The notes under the pieces: model-generated
What the model saw: the letters and a program-made list of their open reading frames with translations, nothing else
Told to the model about the DNA's origin: nothing
Database searches by the model: none
Position numbers and translations under genes: made by a program
Source: Octopus bimaculoides
Lineage: Eukaryota
NCBI RefSeq assembly: GCF_001194135.2
Contig: NC_068992.1
Coordinates: 6,259,712 to 6,323,711, forward strand
Length of the DNA: 64,000 nt
Direction: 5' to 3'
In this document: positions 39,851 through 54,389 of the stretch, one piece after another
How the letters are laid out: each line of letters starts with the position of its first letter
Position numbering within the stretch: the first letter of the stretch is position 1

Positions 39851-40003
39851 TTATTATTATTATTATTATTATCATAATTATTATTATTATTATTATTATT
39901 ATCATAATTATTATTATTATTATTATTATTGTTATTATTATTATTATTATTATTACTATTATTATTATCATTGTTATTATTATTATCATTGTTGTTGTTA
40001 TTA
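39847..40003. repeat. (ATT)n microsatellite
   Basis: Directly visible. Confidence 0.95.
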
Positions 40004-40511
40004 CTCACATACCTCCTCAATATTTTTGAGTATCAAAGGTGAGGTTCAAGTTGCTTTTTTTTATTAACAAAACTGAAATATCAATGTTTTTGTACAATTG
40101 GATTTCAAAACCATTCGTCAAATAGGTCGAAAATGATCTTTTTCTCAGTAAACATTACATCGCACAATGAAATATAGGTTTTAAACAAATGCAAGCAGAA
40201 GCTATGACATTTAAACAATTTATATATTGTTGCAGGTAATTTAATTTCAAATAATTCCATGCAAGTAGTGATAGAATTTAAGAAGCCTGTAATATTGCGA
40301 ATACAATTTTGTCAACACAAATTAAATAATGAGGTCGTCTCGAAACGAGAGAGAATAATGTCACAGTTATATATGTTTGTGTGTGTATGTGTATGTATGT
40401 AAACATATATGCATGGCTATACATACACTATATACATATACATGTACATATAGAACTATACATCATATTCATACATATACATTTATATATACACGTGCAT
40501 ATATATACACA

Positions 40512-40565
<54 letters not shown>

Positions 40566-43220
40566 ATAGATTATACATGTCAAAAGTGTTGCGACACAGA
40601 TGTAAATATCTTCCTGTCATCTATTAACTAGATTCCATTATCTTACTGACAGAGTAAAGAAAACACAATTATAAATGTAAGAAATAAAACGGAATGTAAA
40701 TCTATGTCTTTTTGCTGATGATCTGATGTTCAATTATATATTTAAAGAAGTACAGATTAATAAAACTCGAGGTATTCCCAAAACAATATTCAGCAGTTTA
40801 TGAGAATCTAGAGAATTCTTGAGCACAATACATTTTTTTCATTAGTGCTAGAGATGAGATTTTTTTTTTAACTTCTAGAAGATTCTTTTATGTTGAGACG
40901 TAACCGGGTAACCGAGTAATCTTTACAAAATACACTTAAACTAATTAGTAAGCCAGTAATCTATACTTGAAGACGTAGATATGGCTTACGAAAGGAATTA
41001 GAAGGACAGAATCCAGGTAAACTATTCTATTGTTAACTATTGTAATTATTGTTGAAGCGTAAACACGGAAGAAGAGATCATCATTTCGAACAGAGACCTA
41101 CTTTGAGGCTGGAGCATAGATTCTATTTTCTTTGTCTAAAGTTTGACAGAATGTAGCAAAAATGATCTGCTGCTTGTACATGAGAGGGAAATCTTTGAAA
41201 AGGAATATGGCTAGAGAATGGAGAGGACTTTTGAAAAGATTGATATTGAAGTTATATTGAGAAAGTATGCGAACATGAAGGAGAGGATTACAACGAGAAC
41301 AGAGAGGAAGGATAGGTATGTTTCTTGTTTCAGTAAATGGTGATATTACACAGCTCGACAATAGCATAATTAGCCTTTATATCTATACAGGGGAGATAAG
41401 GCAGCAGAGAAGTGCCTACAGCATATACATACACGCACATACACACATAAATATATATTAGTTACAGACACATACACGTACACACACACATACACCCAAA
41501 CACATATATTTATATGCATACAAATGCACATACATTCACACATACATACATGTAAGGGCAAATGCATAAAGATATTGGAAACTAGGGTACGCGCTCCTGT
41601 TCATACAGACATATGAACGGGCATAGAACTACAGATGATTTCGTAGTAACAATACTTCCTAATACTGAAAATCCGCGTACGTACAACTGTGTATCTACAA
41701 TGACTGTCTGTGTATTTATACATAACCATAAATGAACGAACACACACACGCTTGCATATGTCTGTCTAAATATATATACAGATGTGTGTGTATGTGTGCA
41801 CCTACGCTTATCTAAGTGTGTTCATCGAAAATAAAGTATTAAATAAGCGATTTCTTTTTAAATGATTATGTGTAACGAATATGCAAGGTGGGTATGGTGG
41901 TGTGATGTGATTGGATTAGGATTCTACGTAGCTGGGCTATCATCTTAGCCATACTAAATTCCTGTTATGTTGCCTAAGGTATAAAGGACGTTTGTCTATT
42001 TTTTTCTATGAGAAAAGTCTGGGTCTATACACTGGCATGGCTTTAAATATTATTGGCGATGGAGAACAGTAGCTGCTTTTTATAATCTTCTTGGTTTTGA
42101 CAATTCTATTATAACTGTATTGAACTGTTACAAAAATTATTCCTAACGACGGGATAAAAGGTTTTGGAAGGTAAGAGCGTTTTAAACAATGATTCAACAA
42201 TCTGTCGTCATCCAATCATCTAGACAAGAGAAAAGCCGCGATAATGAGTAGCCATATATAAAGTTAATAATATTAGATATAACATGAAATAAAGAGTGAT
42301 CGTGAAAGCATAGGCATGTATTAATAATTCCATCCAGCTGGCGCATCCCATCTAACAGTAAGGCAAATATTATGCGTCACGTTAGACAACATAGTATCGC
42401 TTCCAAAAGGGGAACTTTTCATTTAACGGTGTGGCCTCCAATACCAAACCCGTTTTGTTACATCGATCATTGCTTTTTCCCAGCTCGTACGAAACTATGA
42501 GGTTACATTGTCAACGTGAAGAGAACCGAACATCGATAATCTCTACTTGCCACGTTAGCTTCAGATAACAAACAGAGATTTTGAATTTTTTGCAAAAGGC
42601 AAGATACTTCTTTTAATTGAAGTGAATTTGAATAATCAGTGATTCTCTGTTTAATTTCCATCAATCTAATAATAAAATGCACTTTACGTAATTAAATTAT
42701 AATAATTAAGTTAGCTTTCAAATACTTCTCAGTCCTTTCAGGGAATATAGCAAAACAAAGAGACCTGTACATGAATGATCAGCCTGCAAGGAATTGGAGT
42801 GAATTTCCTAGAAAACCACTTTACAACCGTAAAGGAAGAATGCAGTTCTTGTAGTCCTGTATACACGAACTACGCACTGGAATAGTTATGACGGGAATGC
42901 TTTGGGCATAGCTGATCAAAGGCTGACAACAATATCAAAGAAGTGATTGCAAGCCAATTAGAAGGTTTCTATGTGGGCACATCATCTCGTAGGAATAACT
43001 GTCATTTATACCTCTAAATCATATCCTAACGTTTTACTAAATAAAGGACACATTGAACAAATTTGTACTAGACATACAAAAAGACTAGCGGATCATGGAT
43101 GCACTTCTGATCGAACCGGAGTCGGGCTAAGCAGTAGCGACAAAAAGGGAAGGATATTTATTTTAATATTATTGAAAATATCTAAAAGGCCAAACACAAT
43201 ATATTAAAGTATCTGATATA

Positions 43221-43454
43221 GGAGTGGCTGTGCGGTAAGTAGCTTGCTTACCAACCACATGGTTCCGGGTTCAGTCCCACTGCGTGACACCTTCGGCAAG
43301 TGTCTTCTACTATAGCCCCGGACCGACCAAAGCTTTGTGAGTGGATTTGGTAGACGGAAGCTGAAAGAAGCCCGTCGTATATATGTATATGTATATGTAT
43401 ATATGTGTGTGTATATGTTTGTGTGTCTCTGTTTGTCCGCCCAACATCGCTTGT
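43221..43454 (+). mobile_element. tRNA-derived SINE, well-preserved 5' part
   Basis: A-box-like tggctgtgcggt and B-box-like ggttcagtccc, internal TA/TG microsatellite; truncated after caacatcgcttg. Confidence 0.9.
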
Positions 43455-43482
43455 TAAAAGCAAATAGGGTTGCGATCTAATA

Positions 43483-43685
43483 GAACCGTTAGCACTCCGG
43501 TTAGAATGCTTAGCGGCATTTCGTCGCTCTGTTCGTTCTGAGTTCAAATTCCGCCCAAGTCGACTTTACCTTACACCCTTCGAGATCGATAAAATATGTT
43601 ATAATTGAGCACTAACGTCGTTATAATCGACATAAGCCCTCCTCCAAAATAGCTGGGGTTGTACCAAAATTTGAAATCAATATCT
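43483..43685 (+). mobile_element. SINE (7809-type)
   Basis: gaaccgttagcac...ttctgagttcaaattccgcc...ccaaaatttgaaatcaatat. Confidence 0.85.
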
Positions 43686-44216
43686 AGAATGCAAAGACTG
43701 CTTCTGTAAGATTCCAACATAGAACGTTATTCAGTAACCAAACACCGAAAGGTGTCTTCATTCGTGGCGTATAGCATCTAACCACGCAAAATGTTTTGTT
43801 CAACGTCTGCAATCATCACAGTTATAAGAGTCGGTTGCTATTTTGTGTTGATCAAGATATTGCTTAGAATTTCCTTCAAGCACAACATTGGTTGTAAACG
43901 TTTGTGATCACATAATGAAAATCACAATTGTATGAAAAAGATCATATAATTGTGATTTTGAGATTTATTTTGTTTTAGTTTTATTCGTACGTCTGTTAAA
44001 ATATGAAACTTTTTTTTTTCAACGAGAAATATTACTGATTGCATTCAGACAACAATTGTGTTTTTACATTATAGCTACATTATAGAAAATGACAGCTGCT
44101 AAGCATCAGAGAGTAATTACATAATTATATCATGTATGCCTTTGTAGCTAAATATACTTACACACACAAATACAAACACACACTCACTCCCAATTAGATA
44201 TGTGTACGCATGTATG

Positions 44217-44255
<39 letters not shown>

Positions 44256-44472
44256 NNNNNNNNNNNNNNNNNNNNNNNNNNNNNNNNNNNNNNNNNNNNN
44301 NNNNNNNNNNNNNNNNNNNNNNNNNNNNNNNNNNNNNNNNNNNNNNNNNNNNNNNNNNNNNNNNNNNNNNNNNNNNNNNNNNNNNNNNNNNNNNNNNNNN
44401 NNNNNNNNNNNNNNNNNNNNNNNNNNNNNNNNNNNNNNNNNNNNNNNNNNNNNNNNNNNNNNNNNNNNNNNN

Positions 44473-44548
<76 letters not shown>

Positions 44549-46282
44549 ATATAGAAAAAAGCAAGCATTATAATTAGATTGTCACAAATTTGGATAAGTC
44601 TGCGTATCACCCAAAATGACCTCCCATTCATTAGCATAAATTGACACCTCAAACAATGCAATTCCAGATAAAGTGTGTACAAGTAAAACACAGGCAAGCT
44701 GGGAAAGCATTTGGTCGTTGCTATACTCGCTCATTACCTTGCTTGGGTTAAACAGCTACAATTTAGAGCCAATAGCTATTAATAATGAGTGATGTAATAG
44801 TGTTCATCTCATTCTGAGAGATATTCGTGTCAGAAGTCCATCTTTTCCACTAGAAATCAATATCTGCTTGCGCAATGTAATTGCAGAGACATTAGCCTTG
44901 TAACAATACAAATTTCTTAGAAAGTTAAGGTTTAGCCTTACAAAGCGATATCTTTTATAGAAGTGTACCACGCTATCTTTCTGAATACACTGTAGTTAGA
45001 TATTTCAATAATACTATATGTTTCATGATCAACCATAAGTATTTTCTGTTTGTTTGTTAGTTTTTGTCTTTATTTTGGTGGGATTTTCGGTATATTTGTT
45101 AAGAGTGATGCATAGTTATTTGTTATTCCGTAGACTTGATTGAATTTATAAAATCATTCAAACAAAAATTTACTTGTAAAATTATAATCAGTTCTTTTGT
45201 CATTCGCTTTGAGATGAAAATCTAATGGCTGAAAATAAATCGAATTTTCTCAACGTAAGTTAAAATTGAAAACAGTTAAATTGAGGAAGTTATTTTAAAT
45301 CGCACTGACTGATGTGTTTCTCTCCTTAATGATTAAGTAGAATTTCCAAAGTTTATTTTTTTTATCTTTCTCTTCGCTAGAGGATAATTTAGTTATATAC
45401 ATTGAAAAACTTATAAAAGAATATTTAAAATTAAAAGCTCTTAGGAATATTTGAGGTAACAGAGAACATTACATAATATCTGTTCAGGAGAAATGTCTAC
45501 GTCGATTCTCTTTGCAATGAAATAAATTTTATCAGACCAACGATCAAAGGCAAAAAACAAACACATCTTCAAAGATCACAAGTGAACTCCGAATGATTAA
45601 ATTATCCATAGTCACAGAATATAAGTTTCAAAAGCTAACATCATAGTCCCAACAGGATCTGTCCATCTGTTGCAAATAACTTCCAAGTCACCCATTAATT
45701 AGTCCTTATATTTTTATTCTCCTAAACTAACGTTCTACTCGAGAAAATATGTTGGGGTGTTTATTCATGAAACCTATTGATCCGTAGATTACTTGATGTG
45801 TCACAAAACAAAATAAATTATTAAACAATAACTAATTTGACCTTCCTTGACCTGGTACATATTGTTGGTTTTGTTCTCGTCGTCAGCGTCATGCTCTTCG
45901 CTGTTGTTATGTCGTTGTCGTGGAATCGTTGTGCTTAAACAGATGTAAGACATGGAATTAAACCAAATATTTAATAGAAGTAATACTGATCAACAGACAA
46001 GTTTTGAAGATCAAGAAACGATAAAAACAGCACTGATTGAAATAAAAACCACCTTTGGACAAAAACCAGAACTTTCTCTTGAATATTATTAATATTGAAC
46101 TAAACTAAAGCAAATACAACCATCTCTATAACAATAGGAACCAATACGAAAACTATCACACATATTGATCTGCCAGAATAGAGGTGGCGAGTTGGACCAA
46201 TGAGAAGGATTTCATAGTATTAGGATGTGGCCATTATTTTATGTCTGTCTGTTTGCTTTTCTCTATCTTTTCTCTCTCTTAC

Positions 46283-46364
<82 letters not shown>

Positions 46365-46779
46365 CCCCTCTGCACTAAATTCAAATCTCACCGATGCTAT
46401 TTTTTTGGTTCATTATTACCTACTCTCCAAAGAATGTACCATTCTAGAGAGAGTAGACTAGTACCAAATGTTTCAGGGCCGGATATAAGAAAGACATCTA
46501 ATTCTAATTACGCTTCCTAGCACCGCGAGAAGAGGAAGACTTACCGTTTGTAATCAGAAGATAAAATGATATTCTTGTGAAGTTTTTTATCAAATATCCA
46601 AGGATTTTTATATTTTCTCTTTCCTCTCATTCTCTCCTTCTTTTTCCTTTCTCGTACCATTTTCTCTCATTTCCTTTCTTTCTCTTTCTTCATATACCGT
46701 GTCTACAAGTGTCGGCGTCAAAGTCTGAAATTTCGTGACAGTTCGTGAGAAAAGTGCATCAAGTTTCCCCTTGGTCTTT

Positions 46780-46890
46780 AGAGTTTATTTACCAATCATT
46801 CTGCTTGTCGTTAGCTCTCTTTAGCTTAGACTTGAGACGCAGGAACTATTTCACTCATAGGCTAGTGGACTGGTACAAATGATATCATAG
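46780..46890 (+). mobile_element. CR1/L2-like LINE 3' end fragment
   Basis: 46826-46879 translates LDLRRRNYFTHRLVDWYK, cf. the CR1-group C-terminal LxxRKxFFSxRVVxxWN. Confidence 0.45.
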
Positions 46891-47886
46891 TATGTCCACA
46901 CACACAAAAGCCTCTGTAAACACATATCTACAGGTAAGCATTTCTCTCAGTCCCATATACCATAGCCACAAGACCATCTCCTGCAAATCGACCAATGGAT
47001 TGGTCCCTTGGTAGGTACGACCATAGCACACCTGAGTGAACGTGAAAGTGCTGGTGACTAAGAGGTAACTTGAAACTCTCAAAACCTCATAGACACCCGA
47101 AGCAAACTTAGCATTACTTCACTTGGTCGTTCAATTTTTCTCAACCGATCAATGGGTCGATCGAGTAAACCAATCAATAACGGATCTATAACGATTACTG
47201 GAAAAGGTTGCTGGTTAAATTTACTACAGTAAAAGAATACGTAATGACCATCATTTATGTTATGCCTTGTATATACATGTGTGTGTATGTGTGTGTGAGA
47301 GCGTGTGTGTGAGTGTGTATGTGTGTGAGTTTTTATGTGCGCGCGAGTAAATATGTCTCATAGCTTCCGTACAAATTTCGCAAATTCATGCAAATTCATG
47401 CCCAGGAAGGTGTAAACATATAGAGACAGCTTCTAGTGTTCGTTACTCCAGCGAAACAGCCAACAGAGAGCAACAGAAAGGATAAAGGCTAGTTCAAAGA
47501 AGCCGAATAGATTAATTGAAACTGAAATCAAGATTATTGCTCAAGGAAAAAATCCACTACCATAGGCCCTTGTGAAGAACATGCAAGACCACAAGATTTA
47601 TTTACAGCAAAGAAGAAAAGCATAATATGACCGCTTGGTTAAATTCTGTATACAATTAATTATGTTTTTAAATACGTAACTTCAGTACAAGTTCAGAAAC
47701 CGAAAACAAATCAGAAATGCAGAGATCACATCCCTACTCCATGTCTCCAAAGCAACTTCAATGAACTTAGATATTATGGGAGTATGTGTATGCATGCGAG
47801 TTTCTGCGGAGATAGACCAATATGAAATCAGGCATACATTCACATACACACACACACACACATTTACAGACACATCACTCGTACAC

Positions 47887-47926
<40 letters not shown>

Positions 47927-47981
47927 AATCACACGCACGCACAAGCACACATACACACATATATATACACATAATATACAT

Positions 47982-48015
<34 letters not shown>

Positions 48016-48133
48016 GGATAGATAAATATCTGTATATACATATATATATACATATGTATATAGATATATGTTTATATTTATATGTATATATATGTGTATA
48101 TATACGTGTATACATATATACACACACATATGC

Positions 48134-48178
<45 letters not shown>

Positions 48179-48821
48179 CAGTAGGAAGTCATTGACAATA
48201 TGGAGGCCAGATAGAAATAGTTATTCTTTTTATATATTTCTGCATTCAAATGCATGGTCACCAGTAAATCCGCTTGAAGCATTGAATCAATAGTTTATAC
48301 TTGAATATGTATCAAGATTTCATCCGATACAATGCTTTCGTTTCTACTGAGGATTCAATTCGTTAGAAATAAAAATAAGAAGCAAGTTTGTTGTACAGTA
48401 TTTCCAAGAAAACAATAATTTTATTCTTTAGGCCATGCGCTGTGGTAAGTATGAAGGGACATTATATGTTATTTTCGAATGAAATATCTATTTTCTGATA
48501 TTAATAAGCTACGTTTCTTGAAAAAAAGAAAACGCACACATTCACGCACACACGTGGATGCGTGGATGTGTGTGTTTGTGCGAGTGTGTGTATTAAATGT
48601 ATATGTTTGGACACGAATTAAACAGGAAAAAAATAAACAAAATAAAAAGAGTATAAGTATATGATTCAAGCCGATGTCTTCCCATTTTAGTGAATTTATA
48701 TCCAAGACCTTATCTCGAGGTACAGAGAATAAAAAAGATGTATAAGTAAGAAACTTGACATGTACCAAGCGAAAGCAGTACATCATTTGCTCACAACACG
48801 TCCCTATCTTTCTTTATGGAT

Positions 48822-48827
<6 letters not shown>

Positions 48828-48876
<49 letters not shown>

Positions 48877-48893
48877 CTGATAGATAGATAGAC

Positions 48894-48946
<53 letters not shown>

Positions 48947-49010
48947 CACAGACAGACAGATAGAGAGAGAGACAGACAGTCAGTCAGACAGACAGACAGG
49001 CAGACAGATT
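48828..49010. repeat. (GA)n/(GATA)n/(GACA)n compound microsatellite
   Basis: Directly visible. Confidence 0.95.
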
Positions 49011-49648
49011 AAGTGTAGACACAAAGTAATTTAGTAGTCAATACTCTGCGTACACTTTGTACTTGTAAGTGAAGAATAGTGGGATTCTGATAGGGACTTC
49101 GAACGGTGTCTAATTTTGCACACCATTCACCATAAGACTGATGTTTTATGGGTTATATTGAGCGTTTACATCAACAACCGTTATCCCACTTATATATGTA
49201 TGTACCCATACTCACACATATGTTTAAACATATTGACATACGTGTGTATGTGTACATATAAATCTGTGTATATATATATATATATATATATACGCAAATA
49301 TATATGTATGTGTGCGCGTATACAAATGTGTTTTAATGTATACACAAACTAGATAGTTGTTGAATCATATTTACGGCCCAATTAATATAAAAGATGCAGT
49401 TAAAAACAAATCGATGCGTTATCGATTGATTAGTTTTATTTTCTTTCACTTTACGGTACAAGTGTATTGTCACCGAACTTGCCGATGTGATAGCAAACAT
49501 ATACTTAATTACATGTGTAGCCGTGTAGAAAAGTATTACAGAAATATTATACAACTGATTAAATGTTATATCTGTCATGAAATATATTTCATACTGTTGG
49601 TTTTGTTTTAAAATGTACTTCATTTTTCCAATTTACTTCTATAAAAGC

Positions 49649-50015
49649 GGCGACCAGGCAGAATCGTTAGCAGACCAAGCTTCGCGGCATTTCGCCCGTC
49701 TTCACATCCTAAATTCAAATTCTTCCAAGGTCTGCTTTGCATTTCACTCTTTTAAGATCGATAAATAAGTACTAATTGAATCGATGTATTAGGACACTAA
49801 TCGATGTATTAGGCTACCCACGTCTCCTGAAATTGCTGATCTTGTCCAAAAATTTGAAATCAATATTTAGTTCTACAAAGGCGACAGGCTAGCAAAATCC
49901 TTTGCAGCCGGATAAAATGTTTAGCGGCGTTAGTCTGTCTTTACATTTTGTGTTCATATTCCAACGATGTTGACTTAGCTTTTCATCTTTCTCGCTGTTG
50001 AAATAAATACAGATA
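49649..50015 (+). mobile_element. Two tandem diverged SINEs (7809-type)
   Basis: Heads at ~49649 (ggcgaccaggcagaatcgttagc) and ~49879 (ggcgacaggctagcaaaatcc); the first has an internal duplication of aatcgatgtattagg. Confidence 0.75.
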
Positions 50016-50894
50016 ACTTATCTGTTGTAAAATATGTTTGACATTGCCTCATTAAAAGTGACTTTAATCTTTGAGGTCTATAAACTAAATACACTGAGGT
50101 TTATGTAAACGAGCAGCCAATCCCGAACATTTTCCGGTCTCCAACGTTTAGTAAAAAAAAATTACAATTTTGCAATCTGCAAGATGATATCAATGTCCGC
50201 CTAGCCAATTGCAGTCTCCAAATTAACTAAATTGACTGGCTTCTTGGTAGTAAATTTAGAGTTGCACATGCGGAAAACTTACACAATATCAAACTAAAGA
50301 AATTTTGTTTCTTCTTTGCTCTGTCTGTATCTAGAAATAGACAGGTTTGTTGGATTTTTAGTATTTTTCGAGGATTCTATTTGCAATGTTACTGCCCAGA
50401 AATCTATCGACAATTTCGTGTGCACAGAATTATATCCAAAATAATTTTAATTCGATTATTCGTATGTGAATTTGACGGATGTATCATTGGAATTGAGGTC
50501 TTCTTTTAAAATCATCTGTCGACTTTCCAATGTATAATCTATATCTGTGTGAAATGAATCCATAGTCTAAGCATAGTCCTAACGGATTTTTGTCAAGTAG
50601 TCTAAATTACGCGCACGCATACACACACAAACACAAAAGCGCACAGACATATATATGTGTTTAGGAGTATTTCTCTATGCACATACATGAATATATTCAC
50701 GTGTGTATTTGTGCAGATATATATATATATATATATATACATATAATCATTTATACATAGAGCATTTTCGTACATATATCGATCTTTGTAAAGGAGATGA
50801 TATATACATATATGTCTATAGATAGATAGAGAGAGAGAGCTATATGTATGTGTGCATATACTTGCATATACTTGTATATATACACACACACACA

Positions 50895-50929
<35 letters not shown>

Positions 50930-51083
50930 NNNNNNNNNNNNNNNNNNNNNNNNNNNNNNNNNNNNNNNNNNNNNNNNNNNNNNNNNNNNNNNNNNNNNNN
51001 NNNNNNNNNNNNNNNNNNNNNNNNNNNTATACATATATATGGATGTATGTTTCTATGTTTCTATATATGCGTGTATGTATGTT

Positions 51084-51120
<37 letters not shown>

Positions 51121-54100
51121 CATATATGCATATATTATTCCCGTTACAATTTATCATTGTCAAAAATAAATTACCAGACCATTTTTCCAATGGGTTTGGT
51201 GAAAATGTTGTACAACATCAGTCACCGTCACTAAAAAACAAATGCATTTTTTCATGCTTTGTAACCAAAATTGTACTAATTCCATTTGTTATTTCCATTC
51301 CCTATTGCCGTTCTGGGTATTTTGTACAATGATTAATGGATGCGTAAATGGTATCAAAATAAAACCTATGGTTGCACCTACCACATGATTCTGTCAATTG
51401 TCTAAATATTTTATTGATTATACATATGAATAAATTTGCCATATATATTCTTCATATAAATTCTCAAAGATAGCTTACTATATTTAAGTTCTTTATCGAG
51501 CGAGCGATCAATCTTATTTTTCTCCTGAAATATTGATTGATTTCTGTGTTCTATGCTCCATTATTGGAGAAGCCAAATAGAATGATCCCAAAAGAAACAG
51601 TAGCAGTGTATAGAAACAGAATCGAAAGCGTGACTTCAACTCAGCTATATTATTACAAATATGCAATCAATGTATTATATGGAAATGTATTTGATAAAAG
51701 TATTTCAGAATCTCGTAAAAATAAGTTTGTATTCTGCCGAAAATTGAAAAGAATATTTCGAAAATATTTATTTATGCATCTTATCTTATTTTATTTTATT
51801 TTATTAAAGAACATCCATGATGAATATGCATAATTAGCTTCTGATAGATAATTTCAAACTTATATTTAATTTGAATACTCTTTAAATATTGCATAAGCCT
51901 AAACAAAAATGTTACCCTATGGCTTTTGAATATTTCGATATAGCTTAATTGCGAGGGTACTACAGAATGACTAGTCGATGTTAATCAGAAGAATCATTCT
52001 GATCTCTCATCCGGTTAATAATCCTTCTTACCATCTTTAAATGATAAAAATAGATTAGACGGTTTAGTAGTACATAAGATAAAGACACTGGGTTACCAGT
52101 GATGGAAAGATTTAGTCATAACTTCTCAATCAAACTGACCTTGCAAATAATTATCACATACACTTTGTTAATATATAGAATCTATTGTAGATCTAAATAT
52201 ATCTTTTATGGTTCAGTTTTTTGTTGATAAATGACTCAGAACGTTATTTCGTGATTAAGAATGCAGGTGTTAAGTTTTTATATCCAATTTCACAATTGCT
52301 TTATTGACGGGTTGTACCCATTTTCCATGCGATCGTAGGCGAAATTTAAGCTCAGAACTCTAACAGTCTGGGCCCTGTACTATACTACATCGCGTCTGAC
52401 ACTCTGAAATTTCACCTATCACACAGCCATTAACTGGGTATTCCTTTGTAGAACCAGAAGAATTGAAAGATGATGTTTGATATTAGAGTCATTAGAATTC
52501 AGAGTGCAATGGACCTGGACCCCAAACAGAAAAAGCTTTGCATCTCATAGTTTTAACGAAATAAACTATTAATAAACTACTATTTTACAAGTATTCAATA
52601 AAACGAAGTGCAAGAATATGGTAAAACCGCACTTTTGTAGTACAAATATTTGTAGCGATATTGTCAAGTATAGATGTTTCTTTTTTTCTATTTTTGATGA
52701 AGGGTTAGCAATCACCGAAACGTGAGATCGGTGTCCTTTGCCTGCCTCAGACAGACATATTTGTTTTTCTTACCAACCTGTCTAATTTCACAAGAGTATA
52801 AACGTGCGTTTACTAACAACACACCAAAGATGATCTTTTTTTTTATACTCTTACAATAATCTCTAAAAATCTAACGTGAGAGCTTATCCACCGTTACTAA
52901 TATTACTAATTTTAGGGGGAAAGTGAAGTCAAATTTCCCTCTGATCCCACCCAGACATTTTCTTAAAAGCGTTTTATACATATACATAGACATGCATGCA
53001 TACACACACACATGTTCACATATACACACACATATATACACCTATGTGTGTGTGAGTGTTATATGTATGAGAGCTTGTGCGTCTGTGTATGTATTTATGT
53101 ATGTATGTATATGTGTATTATGTATGTATGTATGTATGTATGTATGTATGTATGTATGTATAAGTATACACGTACGCTTACTCATTTATGGGGCTGATTG
53201 TTTCCAAAACTACATCTGACGATCTTTAATTTTTTCTTAAAATATGTTGTTTTCCAATAAAAGATGAAAGAGCGAACGCATGCCTGTATACATTGTCTAA
53301 ATTGGCCCGAAATTTGACCAATTGATAATGTAAGAATTATCTCCCTTGCATTTATTACACTTTTAAAAATATCCAGACTGAGAATTCTATATAAACTGCT
53401 AGTCTATTGTGAGTTTATCAAGGCTTTTCAACATATTATATGTGTCAGACAATATTATATATCTCCATTTAGAATGCCGAATGCTTCCCCCGGGGTATTT
53501 TCTATCAACAGTATTGTTTATTTTATGCTCTAGTTATGTGTCTAGTGAACGCGTTTCTTCAACTGTTAAGCTTAATATGTTTATTTTCATCACTATTTTT
53601 CTATTTGTTTGACTCATTTTCAGGTTTTCTCTATTTTCTCATGTTTTCTTTCCGTTCGTGTTCTAGAACTATCATGTATTGTTGACTCAGCCATTGTTAT
53701 GCTAGGCAAGCTGGGATGCAGTTTAATTTTATCACCAGTCTCCTAAGCTCATAATCCGAGAGGATTTGTTATGGGATTTGAAACAGTATTTCTTCCCAGT
53801 TTCAATTTTTTTTTTCCATTTTCACTTTATCTTCACCAGCGACGTGTTATTAAATTACAGCTTTATCGTAAAAGATAAATATGGAATTTAAGCTATTACC
53901 GAACATTAATGCGTATTTTTTTCTACTCGAACAACAATGCCGTGTGGAAATACGAGGTTTACAAATATTTAAAATAATATAACAGAATTTCTAGAGCTTC
54001 TATCAATTACTGATCTTGATGAAGAAAATTAATGATAAGAAATAATGCCTTCTTTCCCCATGCTAATACTGGAGGTTTATACTGAAATTTATTGTTTTGC

Positions 54101-54389
54101 GCGAAAAGGACAAAAATAATGTATGAGCCGTAACAAAGTACGTAAATTGAGCTTTTCCCCATCAAAGTCTTTTCCTATCATGTCTATACAAAATCACTCA
54201 GTAGAGATATTTGAGGAAACCTGGGGTTGTTCATTTAATGAAGTAGCAAGTCTCCCCCTGCTCTGGTGAAGCATACGAGTGATTTCTCTTTCTTCACTGT
54301 TACAGTCGTGCATATCTGTACAAAAATTTGAACAAGTTATCTTCTCCGTCATAATCAAATATATTGTCCAATTCATATGGCAGCAACAT

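Noticed and set aside
47380-47418. Tandem gcaaattcat 10-mer creating ATGCAAAT, plus TGTAAACA
   Set aside because: The octamer is a by-product of a short tandem duplication; no other support.
48432-48444. Apparent 13-nt micro-exon ttctttag|GCCATGCGCTGTG|gtaagt
   Set aside because: More simply a decayed SINE head (ggctgtgtggtaagtagc).
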